A stretch of DNA of 64,000 nucleotides from Candidatus Acidiferrales bacterium (GTDB taxonomy: Bacteria; Acidobacteriota; Terriglobia; Acidiferrales; UBA7541). The stretch spans positions 27,264 through 91,263 of the forward strand of contig CAVUNS010000007.1 of NCBI GenBank assembly GCA_963742905.1. The letters run 5' to 3'. This document shows positions 44,112 through 54,318 of this stretch, in pieces. Each line of letters opens with the position of its first letter. Within the stretch, counting starts at the first letter, position 1. The notes under the pieces were generated by a model. That model did no database searches, had not been told where the DNA came from, and saw only the letters and a program-made list of their open reading frames with translations. The translations under genes and the position numbers were made by a program.

Positions 44112-46787
44112 ATGCCCATCTCCGCAGCAAATTCCTTCAAAACCCGCGATAAGCTCAGCGTTGGCGCGCAATCCTTTGAGATTTATCGCCTGGAAAAATT
44201 GGAACAGCAAGGACTCGGCTGCATCGCCAATCTCCCCTTCTCTCTTCGCATCCTCCTCGAGAATCTTCTCCGCTGCGAAGATGGCCGCTTTGTTCATGCC
44301 GATGATATTCGCGACTTATCGAAGTGGACTCCCAACGGCCCGCAAAAAGAAACCGCGTTCATGCCCGCCCGCGTGCTCTTGCAGGATTTTACCGGCGTGC
44401 CCGCGGTCGTTGACCTCGCCACCATGCGCGAAGCCATGCAAAAACTTGGCGGCAATCCCAAGCGCATCAATCCTCTTTTCCCCGCGGAACTGGTCATCGA
44501 CCACTCCGTGCAAGTGGACAGTTTCGGCAAATTCGACTCCTTCAGCCTCAATGCCGAGTTGGAATTCCAACGCAACATCGAGCGCTATCAATTCCTCCGT
44601 TGGGGCCAGAACGCGTTCCGCAATTTCAAAGTTGTGCCGCCGGACACCGGCATCTGCCACCAGGTGAACATTGAATATCTGGCGCGCGTCGTTTGCTCTA
44701 TGCCCAACGGCAACCACCTCGAGGCTTTCCCGGATTCCCTGGTTGGCACCGATTCGCACACCACTATGGTGAATGCTCTGGGCGTTTTTGGTTGGGGCGT
44801 GGGCGGAATTGAAGCAGAAGCTGCCATGCTCGGCCAGCCACTCTCCATGCTCGTTCCTGAAGTGGTGGGATTCAAACTGCACGGCCGCTTGCCCGAAGGC
44901 TCCACGGCCACGGACCTGGTTCTGACCGTCACGGAGATGCTGCGCAAAAAGGGCGTCGTGGGAAAATTCGTGGAGTTCTACGGCTCCGGTCTTTCCACTC
45001 TGAGCGTGCCTGACCGCGCCACCATCGCCAATATGGCCCCCGAATACGGCGCCACCATGGGTTTTTTCCCGGTGGATGACGAGACTCTCGCCTATCTACG
45101 GTTCACCGCGCGCGGCCACGAACACATTGCGCTCGTGGAAGCTTATTGCAAGGAGCAGGAACTGTTCCGCACGGATTCCACGCCCGATCCGCAGTTCAGC
45201 GACAAGCTGGAATTGGATCTCGGCAGCGTGGAACCCACCGTCGCCGGTCCCAAGCGTCCGCAAGATCGCGTGGCCCTGAAAAATGCAAAATCGTCCTTTA
45301 TAAAAGTCGTGGAAGGCGCGCCCGCAAAGGAAGTCGCGGTCAAAAACAATGGCGACGCGTTCCCACTTTCCAGCGGAGCCGTGGTCATCGCCGCAATCAC
45401 CAGTTGCACCAACACTTCAAATCCATCTCTCATGCTCGGCGCGGGTTTATTGGCAAAGAAAGCGGTGGAGCGCGGGTTGCAAGTGAAGCCGTGGGTAAAA
45501 ACCAGCTTGGCGCCCGGCTCCAAAGTGGTTACCGATTATTTGCAAGCGTCCGGCCTGATGTCTTATCTGGAAAAACTGAAATTTCATCTTGTCGGCTATG
45601 GCTGTACCACGTGCATTGGCAACAGCGGTCCGCTTCCCGATGCGATTGGTGCGGCCATCAAAGAAAACAACATGGTCGCAGTGGCTGTGCTCAGTGGTAA
45701 TCGCAATTTCGAAGGCCGCGTGCATCCGCTGGTTCGCGCGAACTATCTGGCTTCGCCGCCGCTCGTCGTGGCTTACGCACTCGCCGGTCGCATGGATATG
45801 GACCTGACCACCGAGTCCTTGGGAACGGACTCCGCAGGTAAGCCCGTTTTTCTTCGCGAAATCTGGCCCACGCCGCAGGAAGTGGAAGCCACGGTTCGCG
45901 CCGCGGTGACCACCGAACAATATCGCAAGGAATACAGCGAAGTATTCGAAGGCGATGCCCATTGGAAGGCCATGCAAATCGCCGAAGGCGACCTGTACAA
46001 GTGGGACGCCAAATCCACGTACATCAAGTTGCCCCCCTATTTCGAAAACATGCCGAAGAATCCGCCGGCGCTTTCGGATATTCACGGCGCGCGCGTGCTT
46101 GCCGTACTCGGAGACAGCGTCACCACCGATCACATCTCGCCCGCGGGTTCCATCGCGGTCGATTCTCCCGCCGGAAAATATCTGATCGCCCACGGCGTGA
46201 AGCCGCACGAATTCAATTCTTACGGCGCGCGCCGAGGCAACCACGAAGTGATGATGCGCGGTACCTTCGCGAACATTCGCCTGCGCAATCAGCTTGCACC
46301 TGGTACCGAAGGCAGTTGGACTGTCCATCTCCCGGACGGCGAAAAGTTGTACATTTACGATGCCGCAGTGAAATATCGCGAAGAAGGTGTGCCGCTGCTG
46401 GTCATTGCCGGTAAAGAATATGGCTCCGGCTCATCGCGCGACTGGGCCGCCAAAGGTACGCGCTTGCTTGGCATTCGCGCGGTGCATCGCGGAGAGCTAC
46501 GAACGCATCCATCGCAGCAATTTGGTTGGCATGGGCGTGCTGCCGCTGGAATTCATGCCCGGAGACAATCGCGAATCCTTGGGCCTGACAGGCCATGAGG
46601 TCTTCGACATGGAAGGCATGTCCACGCTGGCCCGCGCAAGGAGAGCGCACGGTGAAGGCAAAGTCGAAAGATGGCCAGGCGAAAACCTTCAAAGCGCGCA
46701 TTGCCCGTGCCGACACCCCCGAAGAGGTCTCTTACTATCGCACACGGCGGCATCCTGCAGTACGTTCTCCGGCAGATGCTGGAATAA
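44112..46787 (+). CDS. acnA: Aconitate hydratase AcnA, frameshifted near the C-terminus
   Basis: [61 protein letters not shown]. Confidence 0.95.
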
Positions 46788-46809
46788 CTGCTCACCCGTG
46801 AATAGAGCC

Positions 46810-48237
46810 CTACATTCGCCCTGCGCGTTTTTGCGCGAGCACCAGAGCCACGCGGAGTGGGCAAGCAGCAGCACGGAAATGAGGCCTTCCTGCCTCCATT
46901 CTCAGTGCGCCTTCGCGCATGACTCTTGCATATGCGAACTGGCGTCATGGATGACACGATGGCCCGTTAGGGTTGATTTGCGGCAGGAACCGGCGCACTT
47001 CCTGTTCGCGCAATTCGGGTTTCGCTATCGCTGAAACAGCAGGTCAATCATTGGCCGTCTGACCTTCATTTCCAGGCTGGACACGTTGCGCGCTTCAATC
47101 CACTTGCGCCAGACCTCGATTCGCGAAGCGTTCTGCGCGATGCGTAATACCTTCTTATCGCACTCGCAGGTAATGACACTTGCCCACGCCGTTCGCTTCC
47201 AAACCTTCGGCGATGCGCAGCGTGCTCAGTCCAGAAAATGTGCCGGTTTCCACCACCAGTTCCGGCTTGATGCGTGGTTACCAGCGCTTTCAGAAAATCC
47301 AGCACTTCCACTTCCGCGGTCATTGAGTCATACATGTGCCACCGTTCGGGATGCGGGCATTCCGGAGTGGGCTGATGATATTCCGCCTGCAGCACATCGC
47401 CGTGGGCAATGAATGTGTTCAACTACGCGGTGTTCTTTTTTCTGCTCATGGTATTTGCTTTTAATACGCCAAAGAAACACCGCGCCGACAAGGATGGACG
47501 CCACACTTGCCAGCTTGCGCATTGGACATGCCGAAAAACCAAGGCGGATTGATGCGAGATAATCTCCACCAGAAACCGTGCCGCGCCCAGTGAGGATCAG
47601 GTACGTGCAGAAAATTTCCCCGCGGGCTTTCGGGCCGCTGTACCGCTTTGCTGCCCATGTGCCACAGAAATGCGCGCGATGGCGCATCCACACAATCAAT
47701 TCGTAGAGCGGTGTGGGATGCACACGACAGTCTGCGGGCCATCCCCATTGCACGCAGGTATGCGTCGTCGGTACAACGCCGTTCGGAAAACTCATGCCCC
47801 ACGGTAGCGATTGTGGGCCTGCCGTAATCGCCATCACCCGAAAGAAAGCAGCCGATGCGACCGATGGCGTATCCAAACGAAGCTGCTGGCGAGCAAGCAT
47901 CCAGAAATTCCAGCATCGGCAACTTCGCCCGCCAGCCCATTAACAGCATGGCCCCGAATCCGCCGAGGAATCCGCCAAACCACGCAAACCCGTAGCGGCT
48001 GAACAGCAACGGCCACGGGTCCGCAAAAAATGTGCCGGGGTCTTCGAGCAGATGATACAGTTTCGCGCCGATAATCCCGGCAAGCCCGGCCACGGTAATC
48101 ATCAGGAACGCGTCCGCTTTGAATCCGCGACGGTCGAAATCCGCCTGCAGAATATACGCTGCGGTGATCAACGCCAGCGCGACCATCAATCCAAATGTCG
48201 GTATGGTGAGTGGCCCTAAATGTAGGTAGGGATACAT
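46810..48237 (-). CDS. lgt: Prolipoprotein diacylglyceryl transferase apparently fused to a class I SAM methyltransferase; several frameshifts
   Basis: [28 protein letters not shown] and HPTPLYE (Lgt), followed by [22 protein letters not shown] and HDASSH (MTase) in shifting frames. Confidence 0.75.
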
Positions 48238-48639
48238 TCGTCAGTGTGTGCAGTGTCTCGAAAAGTATACACGATACAAATCTTCAGGCCCGCTGCGGCC
48301 GGGACACACGCTTCGGCCTGTGCTTACCGCGCGACTTGCGTTGGACTAACCATATATAGGGATACGCAGGCCGCCAGCCGCGGATGCAAGGCATCCTGTG
48401 GCACTCATTGAGGTAAGTCAATGAAATGCTGTAGGCGCGCACCTGCGCTTATTCTCCTTTGCCAGAGGTCACGGTTCCCTGGGTCCCAGAACGGCGAAAG
48501 CCGCAAAAAACAAGGCGAAAATCGTCATTTTCTCTTGACAAACAAGTGCTTTTGGAACAAATTCGCGACGCTCAATTGGGGGCGCGAATTCAGCCATTGT
48601 TCGCGTGAGATTCGAAACTCAGATTCGGAGGAGATTCAC

Positions 48640-49518
48640 ATGGAAACTGCCATTGGGGTTTTCCGTTCCCGTGACCACGCTGAGGCCGCTGTGAAAGACC
48701 TGCTCCAAAAGCATGTTCCGGAAGAATCCATCGTGTTTTTGACCCGTTCGGAAAGTGAAGCCATGGGGTTTGGCAAAGACCTGGGCACCTATGCCGGCGG
48801 GTTTATTGGCGGCGCGGTCGGAACGACGGCCGCTGTTGTCGGTGCCACCTTGGCGCTCATTCCCGGATTTGGCCAGGTGTTTGCCCTGGGAGTCGGAGGA
48901 GCGGCACTGCTAGGCTATTTAGGCTCGAAAGCAGGTGGCTCAATTGCCAAGGGTATTTCAGAGGAGCCGGGCACGCCGAAACCCGCCACCGGCGACAAAG
49001 GCGGTGAGGAGGCCACTCACCTGTTGGAGGTTCTGAAGCAGGGCCGCTCGGTGGTTGTCGTCCGCACCGAATTTAAGGATGTTGCCGCTGCTGCATGCGA
49101 GGTTCTGGACAGACTAGGACTGGGCAAGCAGGAACGCACCGGAGCCACGAAGGGCGAAACCACCACGCGCACAAGCGGCAATGTCACAATTATCGATGCC
49201 CGGGGCAGGATTGCCTTTGGAGACGGCGTTACGCAGCTTCGAGAAGCGGTAGCAAATGCGCTGGCCAGCGGAGCAAGAAACGTGGTTCTCAACATGAAGG
49301 AAATCGATTATGTCGACAGCTCCGGCATGGGCGAGATGGTTCGCAGCCATATGGCCATTCGCAAACAAGGCGGCCAACTGAAACTCGCAAACCCCAATAA
49401 AATGGTCATCGATGTCCTCAGGGCTACAGGAATGAATAAGGTATTTGATGTTCAGCCCGATGAAGCGACGGCCACACAGTCTTTTGCGGCTGGTGGCGTT
49501 GGCGCATCCGCGAGCTAA
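48640..49518 (+). CDS. General-stress/glycine-zipper domain fused to STAS anti-sigma antagonist
   Basis: METAIGVF..AE.AV N-terminus, Gly-rich TM hairpin, C-terminal STAS with YVDSSGMG; RBS ggagga. Confidence 0.8.
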   Translation: METAIGVFRSRDHAEAAVKDLLQKHVPEESIVFLTRSESEAMGFGKDLGTYAGGFIGGAVGTTAAVVGATLALIPGFGQVFALGVGGAALLGYLGSKAGGSIAKGISEEPGTPKPATGDKGGEEATHLLEVLKQGRSVVVVRTEFKDVAAAACEVLDRLGLGKQERTGATKGETTTRTSGNVTIIDARGRIAFGDGVTQLREAVANALASGARNVVLNMKEIDYVDSSGMGEMVRSHMAIRKQGGQLKLANPNKMVIDVLRATGMNKVFDVQPDEATATQSFAAGGVGASAS

Positions 49519-49530
49519 TTGACATCTGCA

Positions 49531-49572
49531 AAAGCGCCCTCGTGCTGAATCCCGTTCAGCCCTGGGCGCTTT
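49531..49572. terminator. Probable bidirectional terminator at the end of the cox operon
   Basis: aaagcgccc...gggcgcttt outer stem with inner gctgaa/ttcagc pairing, between convergent genes. Confidence 0.55.
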
Positions 49573-49607
49573 CGATTTTGGGGCGATTGTGGCCGATGAC
49601 CCCGGAC

Positions 49608-49886
49608 CTAAACCTGATCCTGATCCGGCCCGGACAACTCATCCTCATCATTGAACTGGTTTCGCTTCTTGTAAGCCATCCAGGTGATTCCCGCGCAAAT
49701 CAACGTTGGGGGGATTGCCAGAACAAGGATGCCGCTGCGCAGCGCGGCGATCATGCGCGAACCCGATCCCGCTGCCTGCGTGTAGCATAGCGCGCAACTC
49801 TGCGGGTACGACGACACGGGAGCAAGCAGCCACACGCACACCAAGGCGGCACGTACCAAAGTCAAATGTGAGTTGTTCTTGTCCAT
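49608..49886 (-). CDS. Small CxxC membrane protein associated with the cox operon
   Basis: Signal-like N-terminus, QSCALCY, one TM helix; last gene of the cluster. Confidence 0.7.
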   Translation of the reverse strand: MDKNNSHLTLVRAALVCVWLLAPVSSYPQSCALCYTQAAGSGSRMIAALRSGILVLAIPPTLICAGITWMAYKKRNQFNDEDELSGPDQDQV

Positions 49887-49905
49887 CGGTTTACTGTAAC
49901 CGAAA

Positions 49906-50217
49906 TCACTGCAAGGGAGTGCGCATATGCAGCAGCCGTACGCTGTCTCCCCAAATCATGTTCATCATGAGCAGAACGAAAATCGTGACGGGAATCAACG
50001 TCAGGAAGAGACTGCGTCGTTCCTGCGCCAGGTGCATGAAATACATCAAGCCAAGCGAGGCGCTGCTGATAGCCAATATCAGCAAAAGCACCACCAGTAC
50101 ACCAACCGAGAAACTCTGAAATGCCAGGAACACCTCAACCAGAAAGATTCCCAGCAGGACGAAATACACCGGCAGATATTTGCGAATCACGTTCGTTGAA
50201 GGCAAACTAGCGCTCAT
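49906..50217 (-). CDS. ctaF: Cytochrome c oxidase subunit IV
   Basis: Three TM helices and YFMHL motif. Confidence 0.82.
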   Translation of the reverse strand: MSASLPSTNVIRKYLPVYFVLLGIFLVEVFLAFQSFSVGVLVVLLLILAISSASLGLMYFMHLAQERRSLFLTLIPVTIFVLLMMNMIWGDSVRLLHMRTPLQ

Positions 50218-50240
50218 CGTCTCTCCTCTCGACTCGAAGG

Positions 50241-50849
50241 TCAGTGCGCGATATTCGTCAGATAAACCAGCGGCACCACAAACATCCAAACCAGGTCGAC
50301 GAAGTGCCAATACAATCCCGTGGTTTCCACATGGCTCGGCGTCAGCCGCCCGCTGGAATACTTCGCGCCGACGACCAGCAGCGCAATTACACCGCTGATC
50401 ACATGGAGCAGGTGCAGACCGGTGATGGTGAAGAAAGTCTGCCCGAACAATCCGGAGTGAATGGTGATGTGGCGCCCAAACAGCGTGAACCATTCACGGA
50501 TGTGCAGTGCGGCAAAAATCGCGCCTAAGGCCATCGTCGCGTAAAGGAAGCGCATGGCTTTCGATTTGTCACCTTCCTTCGAAGCATCCACGGCTCCCAA
50601 CATCGTGAGGCTGCTGGTGATCAGCACAAAGGTCATCAAAATAACGTTAATCACGCTCGAGGATTCGAACGGTCTCACCCAGTTCGGGGTGGCAACTCGG
50701 AGATAGCCGTAGGCCATCAGAAATGCCCCGAAGGTTACCGCGTCCGAGATGATGAATAGCCACATCGTGAATTTACGTGATGGAATTGCGTACGGCGATT
50801 CTTCCATCAGCGCTTCGTGCCCGTGCACTGTCACGTCGAGTTCGCTCAC
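50241..50849 (-). CDS. ctaE: Cytochrome c oxidase subunit III
   Basis: WLFIISD, TGLHLLHV, GLYWHFVDLVW. Confidence 0.9.
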   Translation of the reverse strand: MSELDVTVHGHEALMEESPYAIPSRKFTMWLFIISDAVTFGAFLMAYGYLRVATPNWVRPFESSSVINVILMTFVLITSSLTMLGAVDASKEGDKSKAMRFLYATMALGAIFAALHIREWFTLFGRHITIHSGLFGQTFFTITGLHLLHVISGVIALLVVGAKYSSGRLTPSHVETTGLYWHFVDLVWMFVVPLVYLTNIAH

Positions 50850-50871
50850 AGTTTCTTCTCCCTGCTTCGCG

Positions 50872-51516
50872 TTACAGCTTCATCCGGCACAGCAACAGCA
50901 AATACACCCAGAGCACGCCCATGAAATGCCAATACACCGCGGTGTTGTCGAACAAGCTCCGCCGGAATGTCGTGTGGCTAGCCAGCAGACGTCCCGCCAA
51001 GTACACCAGCACCAGGATCCCAACCAGCACGTGCAAGACGTGTAGGAATGTCAGCAAATAGAAAAATGAGCTGTTCGGATTCGTTGCCAGATAGATTCCC
51101 GCATCGCGCAGTTCCTGCCATGCGCGGAATTGTCCAGCGCAGAAGCTCAAACCCAGGAGCAACGTGAGCAGTACCCAGACACTGGCCTTACGAGTTCCTT
51201 CGACATCCCCCGCACGGCCCGAAACTAACGCCCGTCGTGCACCCTCGAGCGTTCCGCTGCTTGCCAGCAGAATCAGGGTGTTGAGGTACAGCACCGGTGG
51301 CAGTGCCAAATGACCCCAGTCCGTTGTTCCTTCGCGTACGAACAAAGCGCTGGTGAACGCCGCGAAGCTCATCGTGATGGCAAACACGCCTACCCAGATG
51401 CCGCTGCTCGAGCTTCGCTCCACTCCACCCAGAACCATCGCAGCGTGGGCGGCGCTGCGCTTGAGCGGTAGTGCTTTCGCTCGGGAACTCACCTGTGTCG
51501 CGATCGTCGTAGACAT
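50872..51516 (-). CDS. Second subunit III-like protein
   Basis: NTLILLASS, FFYLLTFLHVLHV, YWHFMGVLW. Confidence 0.85.
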   Translation of the reverse strand: MSTTIATQVSSRAKALPLKRSAAHAAMVLGGVERSSSSGIWVGVFAITMSFAAFTSALFVREGTTDWGHLALPPVLYLNTLILLASSGTLEGARRALVSGRAGDVEGTRKASVWVLLTLLLGLSFCAGQFRAWQELRDAGIYLATNPNSSFFYLLTFLHVLHVLVGILVLVYLAGRLLASHTTFRRSLFDNTAVYWHFMGVLWVYLLLLCRMKL

Positions 51517-51584
51517 ATTTCCTTTCCTTTTATCTTCTCGCGGCGCGGAGGACATGGCAGACCCCGCGCCGCGCCCCCGGAACG

Positions 51585-53366
51585 CTAGTCGCCACTCGCT
51601 GGAACTACCTGCTCGGGAGAGTCTTGCATCACGTAGTCGCCCTTTGAGCCGTTCACTCCGTATTGGAAGGGGTCGTGATACACAATCGGGTGTTTGCCGC
51701 CGAAATTGTTCCACGGCGGTGGCGAGGGAATCGACCACTCCAGGGAAGTGGCATTCCACGGATTCTGCGGCGCGATCTTTCCTTTGAAGCGGCTGTAGAT
51801 CAGGTTGAAGAGAAAGATGAATTGCCCGGCGCCGGTAATCAGCGCGGCGATGGTCATGAACTTATGCACACCGAGATAGGGCGCCATGTAGTCGTCCACG
51901 AACGTTTGGTAGCGCCGCACATTGCCGATCAGTCCCAGGTAGTGGAACGGCATGAAGATGCAGTAAGCGCCAATGAAAGTAATCCAGAAATGCAGCTTGC
52001 CGAGGGGCTCGCTCATCATGCGTCCGGTCATCTTCGGGAACCAGAAATATGTACCGGCGAACACGCCGAACAACGATGCCACGCCCATGACCATGTGGAA
52101 GTGCCCGACGACGAAATACGTCGCGTGCAGGTAAATGTCAATCGAGGGCTGCGCCAGGAAAAATCCGCTGACGCCGCCGGCCACGAACATGGAAATAAAT
52201 CCCAAAGCAAACAGCGATGCGGAATTGATCTGGATATTCGCGCCGTACAAGCTGCCTAACCAGATCAGGGTCAGTACCGTCGCGGGAATCGTAATGGTCA
52301 ACGTGGGAAACGAAAACGCCAGCGCAGACATAGGATTCATCCCGCTCAGGAACATGTGGTGTCCCCAAACCATGTAGCTGAGGAAGCCGATGGACATCAT
52401 CGAGTAGATGACCACTTTCGCGCTCAGCAATGGTTTGCGGATGCTGTTCACCAGGATGTGCGAGACGATTCCCATCGACGGCAGAATCGCGATGTACACT
52501 TCCGGATGACCAAAGAACCAGAACAGGTGCTGCCACAGCAGCGGTGAACCGCCCGAGTGTGGTTGCAAGCGGTCGCTGATTACCAACCCGCCGGGAACAT
52601 AGAAGCTGGTTCCCGCGTGGCGATCGAGAATCAGCAGGATGCAAGCAGGCAGCAGCACCGCAAACGCCAGCAACCCGATGCACGAAGTGATGAACCATGC
52701 CCAGGTGCACAGCGGCATGCGCATCAGCGTCATCCCCTTGGCGCGCAGGTCCAGTGTGGTGGCGATGAAGTTCAGCGAGCCCAGCAGGGACGCGATGCAG
52801 AAAATGGCAATCGACAGTCCCCACAAACTCATACCCCATTCCATTCCGGGGCCGGCATCTTTTCCAACTGCGCTCAGCGGCGCGTAGCTCGTCCATCCGG
52901 CGATCGGCGGACCGTCGGGAATAACGAACGCGAGCATCAGCACAACCCATGCGATGAACGTCGTCCAGAACGACATCATGTTGAAGCGTGGGAAGGCCAT
53001 ATCTTCGGCGCCGATCTGGATGGGCAGAAAGTAATTGCCGAATGCCGCGAACGGCGCATTGGTGAGCACGAAGAACACCATCAGCGTTCCGTGCATCGTC
53101 AACAGTGACAAATAATATTCCGGAGTGATGATCCCGCCGGGCGCTCCCGTCTTCGACAAAAATTCGACCAACGGCAGCTTCGCATCCGGCCATACCATGT
53201 GGATGCGCATGAGCCATGACAGAAACATTCCCGTAAACACCGCAACCAATCCCAACGCGTAGTACTGTTTCCCGATCACTTTGTGATCCAGGCTGAACAC
53301 GTGCTTGCGGATGAATCCTTGCGGAGGCGCGTGTACGTGGCCTTGCTGCACGGAAGCTTCTTGCAT
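51585..53366 (-). CDS. ctaD: Heme-copper oxidase subunit I (A1 type)
   Basis: TMHG, DMAFPR, GHPEVY, WGHH, GHFH, RRY. Confidence 0.95.
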   Translation of the reverse strand: MQEASVQQGHVHAPPQGFIRKHVFSLDHKVIGKQYYALGLVAVFTGMFLSWLMRIHMVWPDAKLPLVEFLSKTGAPGGIITPEYYLSLLTMHGTLMVFFVLTNAPFAAFGNYFLPIQIGAEDMAFPRFNMMSFWTTFIAWVVLMLAFVIPDGPPIAGWTSYAPLSAVGKDAGPGMEWGMSLWGLSIAIFCIASLLGSLNFIATTLDLRAKGMTLMRMPLCTWAWFITSCIGLLAFAVLLPACILLILDRHAGTSFYVPGGLVISDRLQPHSGGSPLLWQHLFWFFGHPEVYIAILPSMGIVSHILVNSIRKPLLSAKVVIYSMMSIGFLSYMVWGHHMFLSGMNPMSALAFSFPTLTITIPATVLTLIWLGSLYGANIQINSASLFALGFISMFVAGGVSGFFLAQPSIDIYLHATYFVVGHFHMVMGVASLFGVFAGTYFWFPKMTGRMMSEPLGKLHFWITFIGAYCIFMPFHYLGLIGNVRRYQTFVDDYMAPYLGVHKFMTIAALITGAGQFIFLFNLIYSRFKGKIAPQNPWNATSLEWSIPSPPPWNNFGGKHPIVYHDPFQYGVNGSKGDYVMQDSPEQVVPASGD

Positions 53367-53437
53367 CGAATCACCTCATCGAAAACTACGCCGCGCTGCG
53401 CCACCCTTCCTGCAGCACAGCGCGGAAATTGATAGTG

Positions 53438-54238
53438 CTACTGGGCCGCCTGATCCTTCAGCCACTTCTCGTATTCGTCCTCAGGCACGACGCGCAGATA
53501 CGCCTTCATGTTGTAGTGCCCCAGGCCGCATAGCTGCGTGCAGACAATTTCGTATCTGCCGGTTTTCGTTGCCGTGAAATGGACGGACAGGTCCAGCCCA
53601 GGAACGAAATCCTGCTGAATGCGCAACTCCCGCACGTAAAACGAGTGCCCCACATCTTTCGCGTGCATCAACAACTGCACTTCGCGGTTTACCGGAACCA
53701 CCAACTCCCCGGACACAATGTCGTCGCGCGCGTCCACGTCATTGCTGGGGTCCAGACCGAAATAATTCTGGTTGCCCTCGTCGATTTTTTCCGGGTGAAG
53801 CGTGCCAAATTTTCCGTCAACCCCCGGATACCGGAAGTAGAACGCGAATTGCTCCGCCTGCGCCTGGATCTGAATGGCGTCGGGCTTGGCCGGAGCGAAG
53901 TACACGCTGGCCCAGGCCTTCTGCCCGAGAACTCCGAGCGCCAAGATCTCCGTGCCCACCAACAGAAACGCGGCGATCACCATGACGCGAGCGCCCCCCG
54001 GAAAATTCTTGAGGCGGCTGCCTTCTTTTCGGCCGCTGAACGACCACACAAACGCGGCGAGCAGCAGTTGCGCGGCAACGAACGAAATTCCCGCTTCCCA
54101 CATGGTGTCGTTCAGTTGTTCGTCAATGGCATGCCCGTGCGTGGAAATGTCCTCCGGCAACGGAAACATGTGCGTGACGATCGGATAAGCCGAAGCTATG
54201 GCGATAATCACCAGAACCACTGCCAGCAGTTTCCCCAT
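53438..54238 (-). CDS. ctaC: Cytochrome c oxidase subunit II (CuA, no fused heme c)
   Basis: Two TM helices after the N-terminal hydrophobic segment; DVGHSF and CTQLCGLGHYNM CuA motifs. Confidence 0.93.
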   Translation of the reverse strand: MGKLLAVVLVIIAIASAYPIVTHMFPLPEDISTHGHAIDEQLNDTMWEAGISFVAAQLLLAAFVWSFSGRKEGSRLKNFPGGARVMVIAAFLLVGTEILALGVLGQKAWASVYFAPAKPDAIQIQAQAEQFAFYFRYPGVDGKFGTLHPEKIDEGNQNYFGLDPSNDVDARDDIVSGELVVPVNREVQLLMHAKDVGHSFYVRELRIQQDFVPGLDLSVHFTATKTGRYEIVCTQLCGLGHYNMKAYLRVVPEDEYEKWLKDQAAQ

Positions 54239-54318
54239 CGATCCTCGCTTTACCCTTGGTTTCGGGCGCCTCCAGGCGCTTCCGAGGAAAACCGGCCCTT
54301 GTCGAGAGCCAAGCCCTA

